The notes under the pieces are model-generated. The model had not been told where the DNA came from, did not search any database, and worked only from the letters and a program-made list of their open reading frames with translations. 64,000 nucleotides of DNA. Source: Selaginella moellendorffii (Eukaryota; Plantae; Lycopodiophyta). The stretch is from positions 2,950,186 through 3,014,185 of the forward strand of contig NW_003314271.1 in assembly GCF_000143415.4 (NCBI RefSeq). The letters run 5' to 3'. Both the position numbers and the translations under genes were made by a program. Positions 40,176-52,621 of this stretch are shown here, one piece after another (position 1 is the first letter of the stretch; every line of letters begins with the position of its first letter).

Positions 40176-40519
40176 CGCCAAGAGGAAGAAACTAACGCAA
40201 AGAAGAAGAACGAATCGCTCTCCTCAATTATACGATTTTTATCTTCCACAATGTTCGGAAAGATTCGCCTGACACGCCTGCCTTTAGCGTGGAGGAAGCG
40301 AGATCGCTCATTTTCCCCAGCCATGAATCTCTCGTCACGTCGACGTATTCGTGTCCGACTATAGCCTCGATTGGGATAGCTTACAACTTGGTCCTCTGGT
40401 GTCGCAAAACTTTCCCGTGGCAGCCAGGTAGTCAGATAGAAAAACCAAATCCCTGAGATTCATATTCGTGTCATGGTGTCCACTATCCTTCTTCGAAAAT
40501 CGCCCCATCACACATGGCT

Positions 40520-40860
40520 GCTCTGGGTCCATGCGAAAAGGAAAAGTTTGTCTAGCATTCCATCAACTTGTGAATGCCGCGATTGTCACAGACTTTGCAG
40601 ATTGGGCACTGCTTGATACAATACTTGAGACCGCAATCGAACTCGCTCAGTTCTTGCTCCTTATTGCAAAATTCCCTCCAAGAAAAATCCGAGAAGAGAT
40701 TACACTGGAGCTCGGCATCCCGACCTTTGTAATCCATGAGCTACGGAACCCCATCCTCTCTTCAAGCGCGAGAAGCTCCTGAAAAGATTTCTCTCTTGTC
40801 GCACGAGAACTAATGCACATACCTCATAAGTCATATGTTGTCATTGCAGATCTGCTCTCC
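40520..40860 (-). pseudogene. Second decayed RING-gene 3' remnant upstream of BAHD copy 2
   Basis: Minus strand gives DN-(M)TYE-like sequence, ELLALEE and FDCGLKYCIKQCPICKV, with deletions. Confidence 0.75.
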
Positions 40861-41105
40861 AAGGAACATTGGGGATATGATACACATCCTCCTCTTCCTA
40901 ACAAATTATTCATTTGTGATCTTGCAAAATAATGGAACACGGACTTTTGGAAGAAAAATGACTTCACCTTTTGACTTCCGCGTCGGAGAATGAGCACTAG
41001 CAGTCACCCTTGACTTCAGCAAAAGCGATGATGATTGATGTGGCTGATAAAAGAAACAAATTTGACACTGGGATCACAAGTCACTTCACTCGGTTGCAAG
41101 GGAGA

Positions 41106-43280
41106 ATGTTGCGCACAATTCTCGTGCTTCTGTCACTGGCAGCTGCAAAAGGAGAAGATCGTGCAACGCTCTTGCGCTTCAAGAACCAGGTGAGCGATCC
41201 ATTATCCACACTCAGTACCTGGAACACGAGTTCTGGCGTAGATTCGTGTCACTGGCATGGAGTCAATTGCTCCAGCTCGGGCCGGATCACTGGACTTGAT
41301 CTTCAGTCACTATCACTGCCCAGGCCTGCTTTGCTCGATGCGATCCAAGACCTGTCCCATCTAGAGGAGCTCCACATCTCCCAGACCAATTTCACCGGAT
41401 CGTCCACCAATCGTTCGCTGCGAAGTTGCAACCTGGAAGCTCTCGACTTGTCTCAAAACAAGCTCACTGGCGATGATAATCTTCTGCTTCAGATCCTCGA
41501 GAGCTGCGGCGGGACGATCAGAGCTCTCAACCTTTCTTCCAACGAGCTCACTCGCGATGATATGCTGTCGTTGCCCCTCTTCTCCCGGGAGAGGTCTTGC
41601 AACTTGACGGTCTTGGACGTCTCAAACAACCGGCTCGTCGGCGAGTTTCCTCCCAGGATCCTCTCCACTTGCGTTGAACTTCAAAAGGTCTTCCTGTCCA
41701 GCAACAATCTCTCTCAGATCTTTTTCCCCGGCTGCAAAAACCTGATTAGTATCAACATCTCGTTCAACCAGATATCGGGAGAGTTATTCGCTCCCGAAAG
41801 CAGATGTACCTCACTGAAAGTTCTCGCTATCGCTCGCAACGCCTTCTCCGGGGATTTCTTCTCGCTGTTTGGAGCAAGCCAGCGCTCGCACAACTCCAGC
41901 TCGAGCAGCTTCTTTCCCGTCGTTGAGAGGATCGATGCCGCCTACAACAAATTCACGGGTGAGGTTCCAGCGCATATTGGAGTGCTCACGAGGTACATGG
42001 ATCTCAGCTCCAACAATCTCACCACCATAGGAAACCAGCAGCTTTGCAGCTCCAACTCAAGCCTGGAAAGTTTGCTCCTACAGAACAATCGCCTGGATGG
42101 TGAGCACAATGTGTTTGGCTCCCTCCAAAGGTGTGCTAGTTTGAAGATGCTGGACGTGAGCTTCAACACGCTTGCCGGAGAACTCCCCAGCAGCCTATGC
42201 CAAAACCATCCACAGCTCAGGCACCTGATCCTCTGGGCGAATAGCTTCGAAGGACAAATACCATCCGCTTTGGCCAAATGCAAAAACCTCGTCAACTTGA
42301 TGCTGAGTTTCAATCGTTTCGAGGGAGAGATTCCATCACAGCTCTCCGACCTGCAAGACCTGCAATGGTTGAGCTTGAGCAACAACAGGCTTAGTGGTGA
42401 GATACCTGCTGCGCTGGGACGCCTCCACAGGATGACCGTACTCCAGCTAAGAGACAATCGCCTGCAAGGAGAGATTCCATCAGAGCTCGAGCAGTGCGAG
42501 AATTTGCTGATGATAGACTTTGCCGGCAACTTGCTGAGTGGAAATATCCCTGCTCGCATCGGCAAAAGTTCGAGTAGCCTCCTGACACTGGTACCTCGAG
42601 TAGAGAGAAACTTGGGAGAGTTGAGGTACGTGACACCGGCGCTGGCTCTTCCAACCTGCACTGGAGCGAGTGGAGTTTTTGGAGTCCAGGGAATTGCACT
42701 GGAGGATTTTGAAGCATTGCTTGCCGCGAGAACCAGGTGTGATGCTCACGTCGGTTTCTTTCCCCCGGTTACTCTCGATCTCAGCAGCCCCATTTACTTG
42801 GACGTCTCGAACAACAACCTCACTGGAGAGATACCGCTCGAACTTGGCAGGATGGAGGATCTTATAGTCCTTGGTCTCGCCTACAATTCTCTCACAGGAG
42901 AAATCCCGGCAGGCTTTGGAACCATCCCGACTCTGGACACGGTTGACATGTCGCACAATCTCCTCCAAGGTGGCATTCCGGGCGGCTTTGCGAGTCTCGG
43001 CACTCTCACCCGGCTCAACGTCTCGTATAACAACCTGTCTGGAATCGTTCCCCAGGGCCCCCAGACTGGAACTTTTATCCTCGATGGAAATCCCCGCCTG
43101 TGCAACCATCTCGAGGTCCCGGGCTGTGCCGCCCCGGTTGATGCCACGCCACAAAGTTTTTCACGGGGTGGCGACGATGGCTTCGGCGGCATCGTTGGGA
43201 TGGGAGTTGCTCTTGGAGTCGTCGCATTTGTACCCAGCGCCATTCTGTCCTTCAGGTATTTATCGCCACTGTTCTTCTAG
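41106..43280 (+). CDS. LRR receptor-like protein (no kinase) with BRI1/BRL-type island domain, intronless
   Basis: Signal peptide from ATG 41106, LRRNT cap (WN..CHWHGVNC), many plant LRRs, an island of about 70 aa, four further LRRs, GNPRLC cap, GxxxG-rich TM, then stop after a very short tail. Confidence 0.9.
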   Translation: MLRTILVLLSLAAAKGEDRATLLRFKNQVSDPLSTLSTWNTSSGVDSCHWHGVNCSSSGRITGLDLQSLSLPRPALLDAIQDLSHLEELHISQTNFTGSSTNRSLRSCNLEALDLSQNKLTGDDNLLLQILESCGGTIRALNLSSNELTRDDMLSLPLFSRERSCNLTVLDVSNNRLVGEFPPRILSTCVELQKVFLSSNNLSQIFFPGCKNLISINISFNQISGELFAPESRCTSLKVLAIARNAFSGDFFSLFGASQRSHNSSSSSFFPVVERIDAAYNKFTGEVPAHIGVLTRYMDLSSNNLTTIGNQQLCSSNSSLESLLLQNNRLDGEHNVFGSLQRCASLKMLDVSFNTLAGELPSSLCQNHPQLRHLILWANSFEGQIPSALAKCKNLVNLMLSFNRFEGEIPSQLSDLQDLQWLSLSNNRLSGEIPAALGRLHRMTVLQLRDNRLQGEIPSELEQCENLLMIDFAGNLLSGNIPARIGKSSSSLLTLVPRVERNLGELRYVTPALALPTCTGASGVFGVQGIALEDFEALLAARTRCDAHVGFFPPVTLDLSSPIYLDVSNNNLTGEIPLELGRMEDLIVLGLAYNSLTGEIPAGFGTIPTLDTVDMSHNLLQGGIPGGFASLGTLTRLNVSYNNLSGIVPQGPQTGTFILDGNPRLCNHLEVPGCAAPVDATPQSFSRGGDDGFGGIVGMGVALGVVAFVPSAILSFRYLSPLFF

Positions 43281-43533
43281 AGTCCTTCGAAAAAGATTGG
43301 GGAGTGAATCAGGCATTGTCGGAATCTCTTAACGGCGGCCACTGTATGCCCGCGGAACTCTTAGCTCTTGCAGTTAAAACGCTGTCGATACGTATCAGAT
43401 GCTGCAAGCGTTACTCGCAAGCAGGACTACAATTCTTACAAGCTTACCTGGTTTTATTCACGTTGACCTGTAACATGAAATAAGTAGCAAGAATAAAATG
43501 GTAATATCAACACCTTGTTAGACGCTTGCATTG

Positions 43534-45727
43534 TCACGACTTCGTCTTCCTCGACCTTCCTTTGGAAACTTGTGAGGCGTTGAGCGGCAATGATGGCTTT
43601 TGTGTTGTTGAATTTTGCTGCCTAGGAAGAACGTTATGAAGATTCTTCCGAAGCCTTCCAACTGGTTGCTCAGCGCTCTGAGCCAGAACCGCGGTTGCCG
43701 TTACAAACTGCTTATTTGGTCTGAGGCTCATCTCTTCCGGAGCTGACGAACTGAAATTCAAAACGAAGTGAGGTATGTGTGCCTAAAACCTATAAACTAA
43801 CCGAAACTGCAAGCTTTCGCTTACAACGTTGCGAAGCTTCGAGTCGCAGCCTCGTTCATGCTGCAATGGATCGTATGATTGCGCTTCCATCTAAAGAAAT
43901 CGCAGAATAAGTACCGTTCCTTTCCCTTCCTTTTACCTTGGATAAAGACAAGCTGACCATGTCCCTCACATCGTCAGGCACGCTTGTTGCGGTGCGCATG
44001 GCTGGAGGAAAAGGCAGCAGCTCCTCAGACGTGGCAATTCTCTAAGGTAGGAAACGTAGTTTATGGGGATAGATACGAAAACAAATGTTTACCTTGGCCA
44101 GGAGAGAGCCATTTTGTGACGGCAACAGAATGTAGAAACAGACGAACGAAGTAGGACATCCAGTTTCAATGTCGGTGTCGGACTTACAGAGAAGGCCCGT
44201 GTCCTTAGAGTGCAACTCTTGGCAAAGAGCTGCGAAGACTGGACAACAAACAGAGTTAGCAGATCCAAAAATGTAAAGTGCATGCTATGGTACCGTGATC
44301 ATTGTTTGTTGAATCAGCCCCTCCAGGATTTAGTTCAATGTCGGCCTCCGAAGAAGAAACCAGCACGTACGGCATGCCAAATAGCACACTTTCACTAAGC
44401 AGCGCTAGATAGACGGAGCCAATTACGTGGAAGTAAGCAGCTGCACCAGGCTCCGGAGGAGCAACCAGCGAAGGCATTTGCATTACCGTGTCCTCTCCAA
44501 CTTGAAGACAGCTTCTTGCAAGATCATGTTCATCCAGGTCACTTCCTGTGACGGGACAAATCGCTCTCTTGCAGTGTAAGATTGAACCGAGCGGTAATCC
44601 ATGGCACCGACAGGCCTGAATTTGTAAATGTCAGGTAAGAAAATATGATAGAACCTCGGAAACAAACCTGGCATGGTTTTATCACGTCATGAAGTCGCAA
44701 CACGGCGGGATAAAGCGTGCAAAAAATCTTCCTGGTAGAGTTGAGCAAAGGTGACTGGAAGCAAAGCACTCCTTCGAGTGACCCTTCGTCATCGGTTCCA
44801 AGTTCTCGCAGCCACTCTTTGACGAGGCGTGACATGTTTGCTGAATCTGACAAAAGCAATCAGAAACACCATGAGCACGCAAAGGCAGCCATTTTGCAAC
44901 GAACTCCATTGCAGTCTCTGAAAGGTGCAGTTCTCGAACTCCGTGATATCGACATGAAATTCTCCTGTGAGCTTGGGCTGTGGGTACAGGCATTGGTCGT
45001 TGGTATGATCGGAGAGGTCGAGCTCGATGAAGTCAATCATGATGCATCTGGCCGCTGCTTCCTGCAAAAAACAACGAGTGATTTCATCCAAGTTACTAGC
45101 TACGTATTTGAAGAAGAGTAGGACTTACGAGAATTGCCTGTCTAAAGGATGCAGCGGGCTCACAGAAACAATTGGTGATCACTACAATTCTCTTGGTTGC
45201 TGTTTCTGGCGACCACTGACTTGAAAGTAGAGAAGACAAGCTTGACACTGGAACGATCGAATCGAGTTGTTAGTTAGTGAAGGAGCCTCGAGAACGAAAA
45301 GTATTATGTCCATTTACCCTGTCCAGTTCCTTCTTGGGGCATCGCAGAAGCAGCCGTGAGACCATTCACAACAGCGTAGTGGAAATCTCTGTAGCTGAAA
45401 GGCGCTCGGGGCTCAAAGACAATCTCCAGCTGAAAGTCAAGAGGGATCCATGAGAAAGATAAAGACTAAGAGATACACACCTTGTAAGATTTCTGCCCCG
45501 GATCGAATTTGATGGCGCACAGGCCTATGCTCTCGATCGCCGCCAGCGCGCCGCTCCGGTGTGCTCGCAACACCGCCAGATTGGCAAGCCGCAACAGGCA
45601 CTGAATCGATCAAGATCAGCCAAGCCAATGCCAATGCAGGCCTGCATGGCGATCGTACCTGCTGGATCGATCCAAGAACAGCGCCCTGGAGGCGCGAGGC
45701 GTCGACGACGAAGCAGAGAAGCGCCAT
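43534..45727 (-). CDS. M1AP (meiosis 1 associated protein)-like protein, multi-exon
   Basis: Spliced peptides LSESVLFGMPYVL, VFAALCQEL, FYILLPSQNGSLLAKRIATSEELLP, YDPL are colinear with remembered animal M1AP C-terminal motifs. Also CRCHG/CPVTG Cys-His motifs. Confidence 0.65.
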
Positions 45728-46327
45728 AATATTGTAAAACCCTAGCCTAGAGGATTCCCTCTCAAAACGTTTAAAGTAAACATACCTTGGTTGTAAACTT
45801 AGAAAGAAGGGAGGAAGGAAACCACGACGAGCTTGACGCTGTGAAGCTCGTCACAGAAGCGTCGAGCAGCGATCATCTCCTTGGTCCCTGTAAAAACAAA
45901 TCACCATGAAAAATCGAATTGCATTGTTTCTTACTTCATAGAAATCATCCGCAGAGAAGTTCTAACGCTCAGAAAGCTGAAAACGATAGAATCTACATGT
46001 TTCCCCCTCTGAAGCTCCTCTCTTCCCTTCCCCCCGCGACCCTCCAAGAACCTAGGATCCGATTCATCAGCTGCCCTCACAACCTAAAGATCGATCAATC
46101 TCGCCGCCGCTTCGCTCTCTCGATCGACACTGCCCCCGATCAATCTTGGGTTTGCGCGCTCAAGGGTACTTCCCCGCCACTCTATTTTTATTCTGCCAGT
46201 GCGGGCGGTAGTGTTCCCAGGTCTGCTTTTCCTCGTCGCTCTCCCGCCGCCAAAGGTTTTGCCTTTGTTGATTTATTTTCTACATGATATTAATATTAAT
46301 AATGTAATATATATATATCGGGTTTTC

Positions 46328-47838
46328 ATGGAGGACAACACGGATAGGAAGGTGATTGCGATGTCGAGAGGCTGCGGCGGAAGTCTGAGGACTTTTTCGC
46401 CACTCCGCCTTGTAAGCTCGACTCGGACAGCTTCCCTCTAAAGTATGGCCTCATCACAATCCATTGCGACCGGATGCCAGACTACGACCAGTTCCGACTC
46501 CTCGAGGTGGAGCCCCCAGCCATCAACGCGGTGCATCTCTCGCGAGCCTTGCCGTTGCCAAAGGAGTCCGAGCTGATCCTTTTGGCGACAGTAAACTGCA
46601 GGGCATGCAAGAGCTTCTGCTGACTACATTCCGGGAGTTTACGTCGCCATTGCCCGAACTTGCTTTTGGTATGCTCGACGCGGGCGATGATGAAGATTTG
46701 GAAGAATCCTTGGAGGATGGAGCGAGTGAAAAAGAGGCCGCCGAGGGTGAGGGTTTCTCTCTTTTGTTGGCTGCTACTTATCCATTGATGCTTTTAGTCC
46801 GGCGAATGAACAAGACAGATGCAAGGTAAGAACCGTTACAGAAACGTACGTACTAATGTAGATCTGATGCCATTGCGCAGTCATGGGCTATGCCAAAGAG
46901 ACTCCAGATCTTTTTGCAGAAGACGATGAAGATGTAGAAGACCCGACTAGCCTGCAGCACAGGCACTCCAATGTTTTCGTCAAAGTTTACAGGGGCCTTT
47001 GCGAGGAACTGCGGGTGGCGGTGGACCTCAAAAACAGCACCAGTGGAAGGTACATAAGAAACCAAATAGCTCAAAGCTCTTGACATGAAAACATTTGCTT
47101 GCAGTAGCGAGAATGTCTATCAGCTGGCTGCTGTTGTCATGAAAAACCTGGCTCTGGAACGAAGGGAGCAATGGCGCCCGGTTTGCATCCAGGTGTGGGG
47201 CACGGTGAGATGGTACTACGGGTATGTCGAAACCCACGAGTTTGTTCAAGTGGAAAACGAGGAGCTAGTTGAGGAGAGTCTGGCTTGTAAGTGCAGAACA
47301 GAATATTCGTCTCCTAACTCGATCCCCTGCAGGTTTTCCTCTGACGAAGAGAGAAGCTCTTTCTTTGACCGTCCCGGGGAGTGTGCCACCACGTCGGATA
47401 ATGATCCGGAAGAAATTTGCGGAATGGAAGGCGAATCTTTATGGTCAAGAGATGAAGATCCCAGATGGGAGGTATCCTTTCATCGATCCATGGGTATAGA
47501 GTTTCAATTTGATCTGTTTTTATTGTTTATTCGCATGAGTTTTAGGGACAAAGGATTCTAGACCAGCAGCTGACGGCGAGCTCGCAGCTGTTTTACGAAG
47601 GGATGCTGAAAACCTTGGTGGGTCGGGAGGTGACGAAATGGACTCCTCGCGACGTGAGTTTTTATTTTTATTTTTTTTAATTGATCGTTTTTGTTTGGTA
47701 AACAAGTTTACAATGTGTATTATAGGAGAGGGGAGACGGTTAAGTTGGCAGAAAAGATTGGTATTCCAGAGGATCAATGATGTACCAGGGCTCATGCAAG
47801 AGTTGAAACAATCTCGAGAAACTGGAAAATGTTGTTGA
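46328..47838 (+). CDS. Hypothetical multi-exon protein, unknown function (boundaries approximate)
   Basis: Run of coding-like acidic exons separated by short GT-AG introns. No family recognised. Confidence 0.35.
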
Positions 47839-47949
47839 CAGATATATGCATTTCAATAAAGTTGTATTTTGTTCCTAGTTTAATATCGGCAAGATTTTAT
47901 GGTTGACAAGTTTTTAAATCTACCTCTACTCAAAAGAGAAGGATGTCTA

Positions 47950-50900
47950 AACATCCTGCCGGCTTGCGGATTGTTAAGTGTTCAGCCCCAATTGCGGAGC
48001 CTCTCCCTCATACTCCCATTTTCAATTTTGTTTTAAGCTTTTTGCGGCTGAGTTGGATTTGAGTGGTTATTTAGTTCATGTTTGTCCATGAGCCAATATT
48101 TCATATATGGGGTGTTATGTTTATATTAGATAAGTATATGACTTGATGACATGAGTTTAGTGTTTGAGTCTTCTGAGGGCAAGTTAAAGAGTGATTATTA
48201 GTTGTTTTGCAACTAGTGATTGTTTGTAAACTTTGTTAAGGACTATTGACACTTGCTTTACTTGATGATGATTTAGCAATGATGGGCTTACTTTACCGGA
48301 TGTTGTTGTGGAGGATTGTGTCGTTAGACTTACATGGTTTTTCCATATTGGCATATCGATTCCATGTTTGTCAATGTCATTTAGTTATGTTTAGTCAGTG
48401 GTGTTGGATTTCATTGAGTCTTGGATGTGGTAAATCACTCCTTGATGATATGTTATTTATATTTGAGTATTGTTGGAGGATTTGTCTCAGATACTGATTA
48501 ACGTATCTTCAACTTTGGTTAGCTTGGTTGTTGGAGAGCTTTGAGTGGTGATTCACTCTTGCATTCTTCTAGCTTTATTTTGGTGTTGATGGCATTAAAG
48601 TGGCCCCTTGCTGTTGACATTATTAATGTTGAAATTCAAGTGAAATGAGATGTCTCTCCTTATGATTGATATTGAGTTTCATTAGTCTTAATGAAGATAG
48701 TGTTAATGATTTGGTTTTAGTTTTGTGTTGTTAACATTTATGCATTTGTTAGTTAATAATTATATTAGCATTTGAATGAGCTAAGTAACAAGTTGAGTTA
48801 GTTGTGTTCTAGACGAGATTGTTTAGTACAGGTTAAGCTTTAGCTTTTCCTTGAAAAGTGATTTAGTCGTGGATAATACTAGCTTTACAAGAAGAAGAGT
48901 TAGTGATTGATATTGGAATATTTGAGTCTTTATTAGGTTTGAGTTCGGATATATCGATCATTAATGATTCTTCATGTGCTTATTATAAAATGAGTTACGT
49001 CTTGCTATAGATGGATTCATGGAGGATCAATTAAATGATCACTTATTGAGCATAGCTTCGTTAACTTTTGGATTGGTGTATATATGCTTTTCATTAGCTT
49101 TGCACTATAAAGTTTAACTTATGGATGTGTTAAGGAAGATATTGTGGGTTGTACCATGATTTCTCTTTATCATTGAAGTTAGTTTATGTGAGACTCATAA
49201 TCATTGTTATGCAAGACTTGGTTATAGGCTTTTTCGAGCTTTTGGTTCCTTGAGTTTTCATGCCCATTGTTCCATTTGTTAAGAGTTGTTGAGGAAGGCA
49301 TTTTGGCTTGTTAGTTTTGATGTTGAAATTAGTATTTGCATTTGGCAATCATTGGTGATGATTGATTATTATCTAGGTTAGTTGATTATCCTTGTCAAAA
49401 AGTTTTTCTTGATTGTTGTTAATATAAAATGATTCGTTGTTCTTCCAGATGGTGGATTCTTTTTTCGACGATGATTATGTATCTCTTCATTGATGGGATG
49501 ATTAATGATTTTCATGATGGTTAGTTATTCACTTTGATAACTTTTGGCTTTTCGCAATACCACATGTTCTTTATGGTTTGCTCTAAATTTGTCTCTTGGG
49601 TTTTAGATATTGGTAGGATGTTGCTAATGCTTGCTTGAGCAACTCTGGTTCCTTGGTGTTATTGACTAAGATCTATTCAGATTGACTAGTGAGATAGTTA
49701 GCATGAACAAGTGTTTGTTAGTTTTACGGCATTCACTCTGTTCTGTTCATTATTGCTATAATTGGTTTTAATATATTATTACCTTTGGGTGATACATTCG
49801 CGAGCATCTTGCTTAGCAGTCGATGATACTTTGTGATCTTTGAGTTATCTTGTGTAGTTTGGCATTCTATTTGCAATCTTTGATAGTTATGTGTTATCAT
49901 TGAGTTTTCTTGATGATACATTTGCTATTAAATTTTGTTGGATAGTGAATCGTATGTTTTCTAGCAATAGTGATCTTGGTGGTTCCTATACTCTTATACT
50001 GGTTTATCGGATGATAACTTATTTGGAATACTTTTGTGTTCTAACCTAAGATTTGTTCACTGATAATTCAGTCTCTTAAATATCATTGTCTCTGACTTTG
50101 ATATTGTCCATCTATTGATCTTTGAGTTTAGGCCAGTATAGGTAGATTGGCTTTGGCACTTCATGTGTATGCTGACATCTCTAGTCATGGGGTAACTACT
50201 GTAGACTGGTCACATCACCCGCCTCTCTGTCGATGTTCCTTATTTCGTTAAAAGAGCGTAACCGTGTAAACAACTCTAACTGCCTATTTACAGTAGTGTA
50301 TCTAAACCTTACCGACGGGTTTGATTTCTTTACTCATGAGGGTTGGGGCCTCTAACTTCTCTTTTTATATCCTTATGGGCAGGGGCATATCACACTTTTG
50401 TAAGTTGAGTGACACCCAGAGTAGCAAGGGTGGTTGACTTTGTTGGTCATTTCCTTGTCGGCAACGGTCGGAAGATGTCTGAGCTGGTAGCACATCCACA
50501 TTAGACAAAGAGGTTGCCTCATAACTCATTTAAGTTCGTGCATTTCTTATATAGTGTGATCACCGTGAACTTTTAATAGAGTTGTTTCTTTGGTGATGGT
50601 CTAAACTCGAGTATGCATCGATGAGGACATTGATTTTCCCTAAGGGGGGGAGAGTGTTGCAAATGTGACTTTGGGTATCAAAAGTTATCTGTCAGCTAGT
50701 CCTTACAAACACTCTTTCTTTACTGCCATGATGGCAAGAGGTTGGTATTGCTAGACCCTTTATTAGTCCCTCTTGTGTTAGTGGAGTTAACTGGGCATTT
50801 CGAGTGTACTTAGACCGGACGAGCATAAGGACGAAATTCCCACGTGCTATTAGCTAACCATACTTAGCCCAGTAAGGAGTTCCCATCTCATTGTGTTTTG

Positions 50901-51170
50901 CACTGGCTAGTGACAAGAACCCTCGCGTATTGAGATTAGTCCCTCAATATTGCTGGATGATAGCTTACCGTGTTTGCGAAACACCCTCGCTATCATGCCC
51001 TTTGTGTTAATCTCATTTCAGTCCTAAATACTATTTATGGAAAGTGTCTAGATTTGCTCATTTAACATATCTACGGAATGTAGAGATTATCCTGAACACA
51101 ATGGTGTTCATCCTGTGTCCAAATTCGTAATCTACAGACATTCCATATTTAGTAAGTTTCAAGTTTGTCT
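47950..51170 (+). mobile_element. Highly decayed LTR retroelement (internal region plus LTR starting about 50655)
   Basis: C-depleted, T/G-rich tract ending in GATGAGGACATTGA...AAGGGGGGGAGAG-TGTTG (PPT then TG), the same end architecture as family A. Boundaries approximate. Confidence 0.5.
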
Positions 51171-51859
51171 CAAAGACTAACTCCTAGCACTAAAGGAGGC
51201 TTGGGGTGAAAGCCTAAAACATGTGTTCCTCAAGGCGGGGGGGGGGGGGGGGGGGGGTGGGGGGGTGTTAGGTAAGTTAGGTATAGCTAACCAACCTGAA
51301 GTATAGTTTAGCTCCTGTTTACGTGTCTGTCCTTGTTCTATGTCCGGCTTGGGTCTAAGCCCAAGTTCCATACTATACTAGCTGGTAGAGTGTGCATATC
51401 CTCATGTTAGGCCACCAGTATGTTGAAATAGCACTAGACTTTGTTTGGCTCTATTTGGTATGTTGGTCTTGGCATTGGGATGCTGGATGCTCTAAGACTG
51501 TTCCAAGTCATTCCGTGCTCTTGTCTCTTCACTCCTTGGGCTGTATACTCGAGAGTTGCTCCGTGGTCCAATTTTATTGCTCCTTGGCTCTATGCTTGGG
51601 AGTTTGGCTCTGTCCCTTCATTCAGTGGCCCAAGGCCCTGAAACTTGGGTTCTGCACCACTATCTTTTAGACACATGGCATGTGACATGTGGCATATAGA
51701 GGGTTTAGGTTCTATTTTGTGGTTATCCTATGATAAATCACCATAGGATAAATTTTAAAAAACATGTGCACTACATAAGCACACCAAGCGTTTAGGTTCT
51801 TAATATTCCTTGGTACAATAAAACTTGATTATGGGACCTTCTAAATCCTATAGATTAGG

Positions 51860-52621
51860 TGCAACACTTGCTTTGGGGCACCGGGGGGAAACACAATGGC
51901 TTAACTACCTGGTATAGGTATCTTTACTCCCCCACTTCCATCATGAAGGGAAGGCCCAAGCCCCTAGGAGGGGTGAGGACCAATGAGCCACAATGTACTC
52001 AAGTGGGGCACCACTCCACATGAGTCAGGAGCACTATAGTTGGTTTTCTTTCTGGAAGTGGGAGTTTCTTTTGAGCACTTCCTTAGGTGGCCCTTCCGGC
52101 ACCACTCAAACCCATGCTTACTCCCACCCAATTTCAACCTCAAGTTAGTTTGGAAGCACTATTGGAGAATTCCTTCAAGATTGATTCCTAAACCTCACTA
52201 TCCTTACTATACTTTTGGAACCCCCTATAGCTTTAGAGACACACACTTTAGGCTTTCACCCCATGACTTGTATTAGTATTCGGACTTGGTTTTGGACTTG
52301 ATCATAGACTCGACTTTGGACTCGGTCTCAGACTCGACCTCAGACTCCATCTCAGACTCAACCTCGGACTCCATCTCGGACTCGATCTCAGACCCAATCT
52401 CGAATCTTGGACTCAGTCTCAAACTCGGTCTCAGACTTGGTCTCGCACTCAGCCTTGGAGTCCGTCTTAGACTTGATCTCAGACTTGGCCTCGAACTCAG
52501 TTTCAGAGTCGGTCTCAGACTCAATCTCAGACTCAGTCTCATCCGATGAACTTTTTATCATTTTGGTCTTGCTTTTGGGGATCCTTTAACCTACAACACC
52601 TCAGGGAGTTAGTTCCTTACA
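51860..52621 (-). mobile_element. Family B LTR, probably solo (left edge uncertain)
   Basis: 52080-52621 is colinear with 1-545, including the GACTCG array and the ...GTTCCTTACA end. Confidence 0.7.

Noticed and set aside
32696-40364. Long antisense and alternate-frame ORFs over the BAHD and UGT genes
   Set aside because: Shadow ORFs from high GC3 codon bias.
41010-41105. N-terminal extension of the LRR-RLP ORF
   Set aside because: Begins at TTG. The signal peptide starts at ATG 41106.
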